This document shows positions 45,740-58,558 of a DNA stretch of 64,000 bases, in pieces; the first letter of the stretch is position 1; each line of letters opens with the position of its first letter. Source of the stretch: Phallusia mammillata. Its lineage: Eukaryota. The translations under genes were made by a program, and so were the position numbers. The DNA lies in assembly GCA_965637545.1 (NCBI GenBank), contig OZ281499.1:7936001-8000000 (forward strand). Reading direction: 5' to 3'. Under the pieces are notes generated by a model. It was not told the origin of the DNA, made no database searches, and saw only the letters and a list, made by a program, of their open reading frames with translations.

Positions 45740-48700
45740 CATTCGGACAAAGATATCTGACTTTGTAATTTTGACATTTTCTAGAACTTTGGTGAATTCC
45801 TCTGCACAGCAAACCATCTTTGGCACTAAATGCTTCAAATACGTCACCAGACTCTCTTGCAGGAATCTGAAAAGATAAACTTTGTGTAAAAACCTTTCTT
45901 GTGGTTTGTTGTTTGTTTTAAGCCCTGGAGGGCTATTTGTTGCCACATAGAAAAAACGTTAGTTTTTAGATTCCAAATAAATATTTAGAGTGAATCTATT
46001 CTAGACTGTGACTTAAAAAAAACTTGTATTGGCAAAGCCTTTGTATATTTTAGCTATAAACAAGTTTTATTTAGAAGGCAACCGACTATTTTCGGACGCT
46101 GACTTTAACAACTGAAACTATATGAGATGTGGAATAAATAGGCTAAATGCGGAAAATTTATAATATGAGTTGTTTGCTCTGACTTAGCATAAGAAAAGCA
46201 GTCGCGTGTAACATTTTATATCGTTTTCACAATCTTATTTAGAATTGAAATATAATTTATACTTGCCCCGTTAGTTGTCTGTGCTTGTATGGCAACTGGT
46301 TTCAAACATGATCCGCTGCCAGGCAACGTTTCATCATCGTCGTATGCCGGGCGTCGTGGTTTGTCTTGGTCCGTCCAATCAGTCCAGTAGACTATTAACA
46401 ATACAAAATGATTTAACTTCCATATAAACCAAAAACGTTGACTATTCCCGCATACAGTCTGTTTAGCTACCAAGTGTATTTGTTTCTGTGCGAACGTTTT
46501 ATCGTTGTTTTTGGTTTGTGAATGACAGAACAGGATATGTTACAACGTCATTATATAAATTGAGAAATAAATGGCGGTTTATTCTTGTGGTATAGGTTTT
46601 CTGCTCAATTTGTGCGTTCTATGTTTCTTCTGCAAAAGCTATTTATTTCCTTGTTTGGAGTACTAAGTAAGTATATTTCAGAACAGTCTTTTCTATCTTC
46701 GTAAACAGGTATAGCATCTAATTTTTTTTGTTCAGACAAACAATGTGCATGGCTACAAGGTACGATAGCCGTGTTAACAAGAAGACTCTGCCCTTGCTTT
46801 AAATTTAGTATTTACCCTGTAGTGCGTCTGTTGGTGGAAAATCAGTTCCAGAGATGGAACCAAGTGGACAGCTAAACCTTGCTTGGAAATGACTGTTCAC
46901 TTTCCGCGTTTCTGTTCCTGTAGGCATTTCGCAAACGTCATCAGGTCGGTAGGTCCTGGCGATGCGATGAAGTTCAGGCAGCGGGTCGAGAGGAAGGTCA
47001 TTGCGATTGTAGTGAGCGATTGGAATCCAAAGAGTCCATTCCGTTTCCTCTGCGTTTGTTCAACAAATGTTGTTGGAGTTTTGTGTAAAACACGTCGACG
47101 CATGACGTCACATATACCGTTATAACCGGTGGTGGGATTCATTTTTTTGTGAGCCTATTCTATCACAAAAGTCATATTTTTCAGCCGGTTCTAAAACTTA
47201 TTACAAAATCCATTGACAGTAACCAGTAATGCTAACCGGTTCGCTGATCTCATAAAATTTCGTGAGACTGTTTTGTCCGAACCGGCTGAATCACACCACT
47301 GGTTATAAGCTACTGTAAAAATGTAAGTGGCAAAGCTGTGAAGAGAAACGTATGCTCAAATTTTATTAGAAGCATACATTGTTTTCTTCCAAATAAGGGT
47401 ACACTGTAAGCAAGCATATCTTGTAAGCATGTTTAGATAAGAACGAAAATCATTTTCACGTGGTAGAAAACTATTATCGTACCGTCCAAATCGTCGTCGC
47501 TAGGTAGCGCTTCATCCTGCCACGGTGTATAAAGGTCAAGAGGCTCCAAGTCGCCACAGCTAACTCGCGGATTTGTGTCGTTATTTGAAAGTTTCATTAC
47601 TCGCCTTTGGATTGTTGACATGGTGGGAGAGATGCCGCACAAAATGTGTGCCAGGGTAACCTTCTTAATTGACCTCATTTGACCTGCGAGTTAGGTAGGC
47701 TAACATCTTTATCTAACGTTAAGTAATTTCTCCTGTATTTAATCTAATTACTTGAAATATACATTTGAACTAAACAAACAAAAGGACTTTATTGGTTATG
47801 ATTATTTGTGAAAGGTTCAGTTTAAAACTTTAAACGGTTTTAAATCGCCCAAAAGTAGATTTATTGTCTACTTGAAAAGACGTTTTTAAGCATTTAGTTG
47901 ATATGGGATGTTACATATTTACCTATTGTAAATTTTTAGGTCGGGGATTAAAGAATATCAATACACCACTTACGTTTTGTAAACCGATTTTCAATTCCCC
48001 CGTTTTCAAACCAATGAGAATCTCCACGTTTAAGATCGCGGAATTGATAAGCCAATAGACAAGCAAAAGTCGGTCCCACCGTTGCTCCCTGTAGCGGTGT
48101 TTCGGCGATTCCAGCAGGGAAAAGATCGATTTCTTCTGGGTCGCTGTTAACACAAACAGAACAACTGCTCAGAGCAGGGTTTCTACAGATTTTGACATCG
48201 GTAAAGTTACAAGTTGTGTTGTCCACAAACCGAATGCATTAAACAATGCATTGGGTAACTACCCAGACACACCCATGTTCATGAATCGCCCGGATGTGGA
48301 CAATACCGCCTGAGTTGAGATACTAAATACATTACTTAGGGCTGTTATCAAATAGGAATTTAAAATAAGTCCATTTTATTGTTTTTAAATCAAATAATCT
48401 AAATTTTAAATGATTATAGAGACACGAGGTCCGCTTTTTCTCCGGCAATTGTAATTTTATTTCGACGTTTTGATGTCCTATATAGGTCGTCTTCATCAGG
48501 GCAAATTACGCTGAATGTGCGTAGTACAGTGCATGATCAACAAAGAACAAAAGTTATGCGCAAACACGTCACAAGGCAACGACAACACCTTCTCTAATGA
48601 TTGGCGTCCTTGCGTTTAAGTCTTTTTTTCTTTGTTTATCGTGCTCTGCACAACGCGCATTCAGTGTTATTTAGCCTACCCTGATAAAGGTGACCTGAAT

Positions 48701-51700
48701 AGGACGTCGGAATACAAATACAATTGCCGGAAGAGCTCTATAAACTTAAAACAAGTTAATACATCGAGGTTTACTGGAAGAAAAACTTATTTGAAGTTCT
48801 GTAAACTTTAAAACTCACCTGTATATTGAGTTGAATTTACTTCGAACATCGCTTGGAATGTCCTGTAGATTTGATGAAAGGCCACAGAATCTACGGTGTG
48901 CCAAGTACGAAGGTATTCCGTGATCCCGACCTCTTTGTATATTTACCGCCATAAGATCTGAACCAAACTTTGCTGTGAAGTAAAAAGAAAGTATAAACTC
49001 CAGTAAAATTAAAAAAACATAATAATCATCGGTCTTTCTAGGTATGTATAAAAACTAATAAGAATGAACAAACGAAATTCTATGATTATTACACGCCACG
49101 TTTTAAAGACGTATTTTTTGTCTCTGACAATAACAGATGAATTCTATTTCATTTGTTCATTCTTATTAGTTTTTATACATCCCTAGAAAGACCGAAAATC
49201 AATTTAGTCGTTAAAGTCATAAAATTGTTGCCACAACGTCAATTTGAAAAAAATGCCATGTCGAAATTCAAATATAATAGGACCTGGATCTGTCGTAAAG
49301 AGTTGATCTGTCAACGCTTCGGCGAGCTGCAAATCATATTTTGAGGCCGGATCTTCGTTCATTCCTCGAATAATCTCACCAGTTGCATCGTTTTTAACGA
49401 TCGGTTCGGTACTGAAGAAGCTGAAAATGTGGTTTTGCATTAGGATTATTTCAACTGGCAAATTTGTTTGTCACGCGAAACGTTGTAAATTTCTTTTGTT
49501 TTATTCCCGTTCTGTGAAAACTTTTGCAATGATATCCTATATTGTGAGTAAAGTAATGCAATTAGTTTTCCATTTTGGGCAGGTATTTTTGTTTTTTGTG
49601 GTCACAATATGGGACACAATGGGAGCATCCAAAAACACCATACCTTACGGCAGCCTCACATTTGGCTAAACTCTTATTGTCAGGGCGAAGAGCACTAATA
49701 CCCACTTATAACAATATATCTCTACAAATGCCGACGGTGAAACCTAGTTTCTTGCGTAATATTTTGAAGAACTTACTTCCTAACCCCAACCCTCTTTTGG
49801 CGGTTAAATAAACAATTTAGCTCATTGCGCCAGCTATCAAAATTTATAGAAATGTGGGTGTATGTCGTGAGTTACGGTGTTAGTACCTCTAACAAAAGTA
49901 TGAGATAAAATAAGTTATGACTTGATCCTATACTCGATTACACCAAAAACCGTTTCGAAATCTCAAACTTAGAGATCACGTTTTATGTTTCCTTCCTTCT
50001 ATTGTCAACAAAACAGTGAACGACTGAAAAAGCATGAAGGTATTTGAGCTTACTTTCCTTCCAGGGGCATGTCTCCAACTGCGGCATAATGCGGGTTACG
50101 CAAGGATGGTGTTCCGTGCACCAAAGTGTGGCCAAACCGGAAAGCGGCAGTCGTAAAGCTATTGTCGATTGTTGCGTCGTATATGGGATTGTAACCGTAC
50201 CAGAAATCCTGCGATTTCAGAATGAAGGTCATTTCAAGCCGAGTAAACTGATTGTAATTTTGGAAAATACGGGCTTGATTTGGATTTTACCTGATATAAT
50301 TGATACCACCAAAATTTTACTTTTGACATAGCTCTGAGTTTACTTTCAAACAAATTCGAGTATGGACTGGTTGCGAGTTTGTACTTTTTAGGTTGAAAGG
50401 TAGCCATTTCGGGCTGATTATAGTTCTGTTTTAAAAGCATTGAGAAAAAATTGTTCATTTTAATGCAAAATGGGGACAGTTCTTACAATCGGAGGTAAAA
50501 AGCGCATAACTTCGTAAAAATGTTGATGCGTGTTGGAATCGGTATACTTTTAGTAAGTCTAACTGTCAGTTGTAGTACTAAAACAAAGATGGTAAAAATG
50601 TGGTGTAAAACTGATAGTCTGTCAAAGTTATTTTTTTACCTTCAGCGGTAAGTCTACTTACATGTTTTGTTAATTCTAGTCCATATCTCTTCATCACAGT
50701 GGGACCTAGAGCAGCTGGCAAAAACTCGTTATAGGTGATTTGCTGTATTATGGCACCGATGATTTTTCTTGTCGTCTACATCAAAACAAACAATCACTTT
50801 TAATCCGTAATCTAGGGCGGTAAAAGCATGTAAAAAGAGCAAAAAATCAACCTGATATATTTTGTCGCTGTCCCAGTGGGGATTTTGATCAGCCAGTTCT
50901 TTGGCCATAAGGTTGTGTTTTCTGATCCAAACTAAATGATTTATCGACAAAGGTGGCTGTTCGTTGATCCGTGGGTCACCTAAGAAAGTCATACTTTTGA
51001 GACTGGGATAGGGTTAGAAACTGAATTTAACGTTAGGAACAAAATTTATCAGTTGGTGTTATTGTTTATTTTGTTATAAAACCTCACCCCAAACCTAATA
51101 GCCCTATTATTTTTGCCTTCAAATATTCACAGATGCTCTTTGCGCCATCGAACGGTATATTTAGCAAACTTCGTCTGATGTAAAGACTTGCATGAAACAG
51201 TATGTACTTTGTACAGCTAAATCAATCCTTGGAATCGTTTATATCATGGTAATTTACAGCGTTTAAACAGAATATTGTTGTGCTAAGTAATTCATTTAAT
51301 TACCGGCTGCAAAACACGGTTGGTCAGCTGGTTTGTGGATTGCTGGACAATCCATTGGTACATCACTGGACACTTGTGTCTCTCGAGGAAGGCTGACCGA
51401 GATGGGCGTTGTTTCACTTCCTGTTAACATCTGACCTGAAAAGGAAATTACGTAAATTGTTAATTTGGTCGCGACCAACAACAACCGACCCATATTGTAA
51501 ACTACATTGTTTAATTAATTCCTGTTTACTTCTAGACCTAACACATCAGCACAGTTATTGGTACATCTACAATAGCAACTCACTATATCGACAGTTTGGC
51601 AAAAAACGTTTGTTTCAAAGCGTTTTAGTAAATTGCACTAGTTGTCACACAAAATGACTAAACCAAAATACATTTTTGTTGAAAATGTATATTGCATACG

Positions 51701-54700
51701 AAAATGTTTCTATCGGGTCGTCGGACCTATCAAGTCACATGAATGGTAGAAAGGCACACTATTAAGTTAATTGCAATAATTGTTACATTTTTTAAATCTA
51801 GCAAATATGACAAAAACAGTTCAGAAGTAAACACCAAGATTAAGTTGTCTGTACCTGGTTCGGTAGCCCTCAAAGCATCAGCATGGGAAGTCGTACTTCC
51901 GTATACATTGCTTGCATCAATATACGCCGACTCTAAGTTGTTTTGTTCCCTGGTCTTGTTTTGACCTTATAAATAGAATGCAAAGTTGTTCCAAACTTTT
52001 CAAAAGAGTTTCATACAAGTAAAACAATTAGTAAATTAACCAATTTGTTCAAACACGACAAAACAACCACGGAAACAAACAGCCAATGGGTGATTTTATT
52101 TTTTCATTGATCTAGATCTAGTGTCTTACAGTTTTTGTCAACTGTCCTTGCGCTCCTTTTCAACTCAATACATTCTATTCCACCCATGTTGTTCATGGGA
52201 TCCGTGGACGAGACCAAAATATTGAAACATTCTTCTGCCGTGGTTCCACAATCACTACAATCCAGATCTGCCACTAACAAAGCATGCACCAGCGGTAATT
52301 AAAAGTTGTTCAGATTTTTTAACAATAAATGTTTTTTAAGACATTGTTTCAAACTCATATTTTACTTCTGTTTGAAATAGAATAAAACAAAAGAACAATT
52401 TTATCATAAGGTGCAATTTCTATAGTCAACAAAGTTAAATTGTTCGGAAATAAGTCTAATTAACTCTTGTACCAAGACCGAAACAAAAAACAGCAATGTT
52501 TCATTCAAAATAAAAAATGCAATTTCACGCAACATGGTATCTAAAATAACCGCAGGGGTTGCAGATTTGTTTGAGATTCAAACGAAAATGTTGTACCTTC
52601 GCTTCCTTCAGTTCTAGCAATGTCGTGGGCCAAAAATTGTCCCCAAGCTGGCATGTAGTTAGACATTGTCGTAGATTTTGGTTCCTCTGATTCCCGCAAC
52701 ATAATACTAACATCTCGAGCTGAGGGCAATGAGCTATGTCCTCTTGGAATGTCTATGATAAATCAAATAAATAATGCTAATATTTTAACGACGATTTCAC
52801 AAGCAACTTCGATGCCCTTGAGCCTGTTTGCGATTACCCGAACGTTCAATAACTCGAAATAATTCTTCAATAATGATAGAATGCATTTAGGTTTGGTATA
52901 TATGAAAAAATCCTACTCAAAATCATTTTATGGCTTGTTTTAATGCTTAAACCATTTTTTATAATTCTGTCAATATGTCTTGAATCAAGATACTTAATCT
53001 TTTATTGCAGTGCGTATGATCTTCAAAAGCTAAAATCTTGAGATGCAAGATTATGACAATTTTAACTTAAACTCGCGCAAAGGACGTTATATTGCTTTTG
53101 AGCATTGCAGCAAAACTGTGCAATATTAAATCAAGTTTGTTTCGTTTAGGCTACTACATAGCGCCAAATAAACTCGATATAGAATATAGCCACAGTTGCT
53201 ACTTAAAACAATAAACAAAGTGTACCTTGTTGGTTATCATAAGCTGCTGGCAAAATTCTTTTAAACGCTCGATTCGCTTTTCCGCGCTGTGAATCTAATC
53301 CATTGTTGCAAGAGCCGTCGATAGTGGCGTATTCACTGTGCAAAATGTACACAAAGATTGTTGGACACATACAAATTTGCAATGCTTCAAACAAACTCTT
53401 TCAACTACTTACAGGTGGTCGCAGTTAGCTTCGTCATAACACTTCGCTGGCATAAAATCAGCTACATTAAAAAACAAAAAAAAAACAAGTTAGTTATAAA
53501 ACCGTAGCTTAAACAAACCGCCTCAAAGAGAAGTAGAAAAGATTTAAAATCAATTCTTTTTAAAATGCAGTTCCTTGTTTATTTAAAGATGTTACCTTTA
53601 GAGATTCTTTTTCGTTCGCACAAAAACATATGCTTTTCTGTACACTTTCTCAGGGCAAAAGTACGAGTGACAGGCCGAAAAGCTAAACAGTCTTTGCGTA
53701 GGGAGTTCGGCAGGTTAGAGACGTGGCGAGGAACAGACGGTTGATTTCCCTGCAGAAAAAATGGACAACTGTGTTGTTTTCAATTTGAATCGCGTTCTGT
53801 TTATAAAGCCGATCTAAAATTAAAAAATATGTTCTGTTTGGGCTTGTATTGCTGTTGTCGAATTGGCATCCGCGGTCCCTTAGTTAGGGGTCCGCCAAAC
53901 AATTTAGGACAGACCGCGAGGAGCTTGGAGTATTTCTACAATCTTATGTAATAACAAATCTTGGTAATGTTAAAGTAAAATTTGTGGTATATGTCCTGTG
54001 ACAAAGTATGGTTCTTAACTTCTTTTGTAAGTAACAAGGAGGCTATTTTTGCACAAGGTTTTATTGTTTAGTCTGCTGGTTTTTGACGTAATATCTTTGC
54101 CTTTGGATGATTTCCACGCGAGATAATCTTGAAAACGAAACTAAATTCAATCTTGTATGTAGTTGTGGAAATAGCCCAGTTGTTATGGCCAGGTTTAGTT
54201 TCACAAAAGTATATTTAAGCTTAGTTTCAAACATGCGACAGTAAGTACACAAGATGATCGCGAATTAACCGTTATTTGAATGACATTTTTTGTTTAAAAA
54301 AAACTACGGGCTAGTAGGCTCAGTTGGAATAATTTACTTACATCGTAGATCGTATACGTTAGACTCAGTTAAACGTGTTTAAGATATTAAGTAGATTTTA
54401 GTGAAACACAATTCATGTGGATGGACCATTTTTTGCTCACAATGCGTAGTCTTACCGCCGTATGAAACATAAACGTTCCTTCGGTTTGAATGTCATCCAA
54501 GCCAACCCATAGCTGTTCATTTTCCGCGTTTTTGCCGACCACCCTGTCTGCCACAAACCTGAAACGCATAAAACGAAATTGTATCACCGGAAATGTGTGA
54601 CATTCAATCTATTGATATCTTTTTTATACTGTCGTAAATTATGAATTTTAGAATGTAATTTATGCGAGGCCAGAGTTGACAACATACCTTTTTCAATTTT

Positions 54701-57286
54701 TTTTTTAAGTTGTCAAATTTTTCCAATGTGTTCAAGAATGTAATTGGACAATGACTAATCTATTTTACCTATTTAGTTGTCACTTAATGATGTTTTAAAA
54801 ATTTTGTTAATTAAATGACAAAAAATGCGTGATAATAAAGAATAGACCAAACTGACAGTCATACTTTTGAAAAAATGGTTTTATAGGACTTTGAAGAATT
54901 TAAAAATACGAAAAACATAATAATATAACTATGACCACCATAATATACTTTTGTTTTGAAGAATTTGGGCTGATAAAGATGTTGCATAAAAGCTATAAAC
55001 TGATTAATATTTTCATACATGGCTGGCATAACTTTAAGCTTTTAAAACAAACATGTTTGTGTTAATCAGGAAAGTAACGGCCCAAATACACTTTAAGTTT
55101 AACGCTTAAAATGTGCATTAACATGAGTAACTGATGTGGCCTTATATCACAGTGTACAATATTTTGGCCGTTATTTCCGTGTATAGAGTTTCTAACCATT
55201 TATTTTTATTTAGTTAAATGTAGAAAGCATAAAATTGTCGTTTTGTTTTTACAAAACTTACCTGGCTACTTTTGTATCAAGAATTAGTTCAGTCGCCAGG
55301 TGACCGTTCCAACTTTCACAAATCAACTTTGCAGCGGAGAATTTCATCTCCGACGACAACAGTGCATATGACTTGCCGTCTTTGGATCGGTGTGGAAAAT
55401 TTGGTGGAGTTCCTGTAAATGAATGAAATATAGCAATGACACACAAATTTTGTCATAACGGTGTTAGGTTTTACTATTGTTGTTAGCAGCTCTATAAATA
55501 GTTATTTAATTCGATTTGAATGCATTTCTTGCCAAAGTGGTTTCTAAAAGGACAAACCTGAAGTCAGAAATCAGTAGGCTACATTATATCAAAAATAAAT
55601 TCTGAAGACAAGTAGACATATAGATTCATGAAACAGTATTGTTTTCGTTTTACTGTACAAAAATGAAAAAAGGATCTTCGCAAGAATGTGTGCCTTACCA
55701 ATTTTAAGTTCACAAAGTCCAAAATGCTCATTTTCACATGATTCAGCCTTCAACAATCTTGCGCTATGTGCTTGTGGCCTGCTGCCCATTGTTACACAGT
55801 CTGTGTTTCCATGATTATTTGGTTCACCGGTGTGCCAAAAATTGCTCCAAGCCTGACCAATGCTCAACTAGAAACAAAGGAATAAGCTCACATAAAAATG
55901 GATCGATTTATAAAAATATATTACAAGAAATTGGGACAGGGGCGAAAGAACTAATTCGGAATGCCCACACTGTGGAGCAGATAAGGAGGATACAAACCAT
56001 CTTGTCCTAAAATGCCCCTCAACCAAATTACCAGGCGGATATCGGACAGTACATGAATGCAAATGCGAAAACATATCCAACCTTTTATGACTTACCCCAT
56101 CATTCCAAACATATTTGTCTTCTTGTTTACGGTCATCGAGTCCAATCCAAAGATCGCCATCCGAAAATTCTTCTTTAAGCTTTCTAGAACATAAAAAAAA
56201 TCTATAATTTCCAATCTTTTGTGGATTTGTGCACAAAATAACGGCCTACATTCAAAAGTTTTGACCCAAAACGCGTGTATTAAGGGTGAGAATTTTCGTC
56301 CAATACATCTTTCGACCAAATTTCAAATTGCAACATTTCAACTTGGACCTATGCTTTGTGGCAGGGGTCGCCAACCTTTTTTGGACCGCGGACCGTATTT
56401 AAAACGGAAATTTTATCGCGGACCGGCCTTCAAAAACTACAAAAAATTAGCAATGCAAAACGCTCAAATTTGTTTACCATTTCTGGGAGGCAGGGCAAAT
56501 TGTTTCAAAGCTTTTAACCTGAAAAGGTATATGGTACCGTAACGAACTTATCTCGGACCGGCGGTTGCCAACCAAAATAAGTCAGCACCACGATTCCTCA
56601 ATTTTGTGTATTGTATGTCACCAGTAGCATGCAAATAAAACAAAACTTACTTGAAAGCAACTTCGTCACGGACACCAAAATGTGCAAGGTCTCCATTCCA
56701 ACCCTGACACTCCTTTCTTGCTAGCTCGTAGTTGAGTTTTACTTGAGTCAGTGAATACTGGTATCCGTTGTTACAATCCACCCAACCCCGCTTCATGAGG
56801 GCTGAAGCACAAACAGCTTATTAATGACGGGCCATATTTGGTTCGGATTTAAGTAAGATTCTAATCTCACCAATGAAGTTTTTCAATAACTATACTATTT
56901 CAGAGGTAATCCAAGTCGAGGGTTTTTGAGACTTTTCCCGAGTTAACGTTGTATCATAATAATGGTCCCTTTCATGGAATTATAATCTGTGTTATGGTTC
57001 ATCTATGCTCTGTATCTCAAAAAAAGTACGCTCAGGGAATTATAGATAAAACCAGAATGAAATTAGTTTCAGTGTCATTTTTGCATTTGAATCAGACTCG
57101 ATTTTTAGATCACCACATATACACCACCTAAAGTACATCTCCACTAATATACGACACTAGTTGGCCACTCTTGCAATAAACACTCGGGCTGTTAAACAAA
57201 TGCAAGCCCCATGTTACCACAACAGACTTACCGTCGGATGTCGTCCACAGTGCCAGACTGGCCACAATTAAAAGTAATGGCTTCAT
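45740..57286 (-). CDS. Secreted C-type lectin (x2) - animal heme peroxidase - WxxW (x2) multidomain protein; terminal exon uncertain (~45.5 kb)
   Basis: 23 phase-consistent exons (3118 nt, ~1039 codons): 57232-57286 (signal peptide [18 protein letters not shown]), 56651-56801, 56096-56183, 55699-55867 (CTLD1), 55262-55412, 54456-54558, 53596-53749 (CTLD2), 53413-53461, 53226-53335, 52597-52752, 52130-52273, 51855-51965, 51304-51435, 50852-50979, 50662-50775, 50054-50208, 49284-49420, 48819-48972, 47974-48143, 47483-47683 (peroxidase), 46816-47049, 46267-46391, 45740-45866 (WxxW). Peroxidase motifs: [53 protein letters not shown]. Confidence 0.9.
47127..47301. mobile_element. 175-bp hAT MITE (CAGTGGTGGGAT family) in a peroxidase intron
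   Basis: Ends CGGTGGTGGGATTCA / TGAATCACACCACTG; near-TSD GTTATAAC / GTTATAAG; reverse-orientation sister of 58559-58733. Confidence 0.82.
48414..48743. mobile_element. 330-bp foldback element whose arms carry decayed Penelope-type hammerhead ribozyme cores
   Basis: Ends TTATAGAG / CTCTATAA; long imperfect inverted arms. Minus arm: CTGATGAAG-GACGACCTATATAGGACATC-like stem-AAAACGTC (48464-48499). Plus arm: CTGATAAAG GTGACCTGAATAGG ACGTC (48681-48708). Confidence 0.7.
50995..51110. repeat. Fragment homologous to the interior of the 29514-29812 element
   Basis: GACTGGGATAGGGTTAG...AAACCTCACCCCAAACCTAATAGC matches the reverse complement of ~29614-29728. Confidence 0.65.
56362..56575. mobile_element. 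Degenerate hAT (Charlie-type) MITE
   Basis: Left end CAGGGGTCGCCAACC with GGACCG repeats; right end decayed, so that coordinate is approximate; no TSD. Confidence 0.6.
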
Positions 57287-58558
57287 TACCACTGCTTTCA
57301 GAGTTATTTGTGAACCTTAATCACCGTTCCTGGAGAACAAACGAACCTAAATCTATACTTGCGTTTTACATGAGTTAAAACCAGCTGGTGTTCATGTACA
57401 TAAGATATCGGTCAAAAATATGCAAATTAAAAATGGTAATTCACATCCTATTAGCAAAATCAGCCAAATTAGACCGGGGCCTCTTAGTGTTTTGTGCCCC
57501 TATTTTACATTATGCTTTGTAAAAGAAGATTTTTTGCTCAGCAACATTTTTAATTGCAGCACTAGCGGTCTCAACGCCTATCGAAACTTACGAAACTTCC
57601 AAAGGTTACCTGACTATCTGAACCCTGATCCCTGGGTAAATCTCTAAGTAAACGTCTAGTAATGCTTACCTTACGTTTACTGTTAATAACTTATTTTGCA
57701 TTCCAAGCACCCAGAACTACTTTTTTTTAAAATATGTAGCTGAATACTTCTACGTGACTAAAGACCAATGGAAGTCTAAGTAAAGCATACGCAAACTTTT
57801 ATCTTGCTCATAAAGTGAACAACTAAGTTACGTTTCATAATAAGAAACAATATTTATTGTAATGCATCGTGTATCTAACCTTTCATTAACTCGTAAACAG
57901 CATACGTGGAAATACAATAAAAGGTTTACTGTTGGTTAATTTACTTTTAACAAATTCGAATCACAATTCATTACCTCAATAGCATGCATCAATTATTTTG
58001 ACAAACGGCTACCCATTCTCATCTCACTGTGCTGCTCAAATATCAAATGTCACTGAAAACAGACACCACAATTGCGGTCTAAGCAATATCAGCTGTATTA
58101 TAAAGCTTTGAGGCTACGTGATCTGGTGTCTATTGGCATCGCTGCCTCGTAACGCACACAAGCGGAAATTAAGATGAATGTACAACGCAGTGATTGTTTC
58201 GACACAATGGAGTCGTTCCAATTGCGAAATAAATAGGTGCTTCGTTTGTCTGTACGTGATGTCATTGGTGTACTTGTTTATGATACATACAATTTTGTTT
58301 TAGAGCTTAAGTACTATCATGAACTGTTATACGCACTTGCTTCATTGTTCCAAATTACAATGATGTTTTTCAGTTAGGTTTAGTTAGGTTATGTATACAG
58401 AATCTGCTGACGTGATGCAAGAACCCAACAAGCTTCAAAACAATGCAACGATTAAGAGAAAGCATTTGAAAGTATAGCGCGTAAAATTAAAAAAACTTTA
58501 AAACACAAAAAGTCTTTAAATGCAGCAATAGACTTTCGCCAATAGTTTCTGTTATAGG

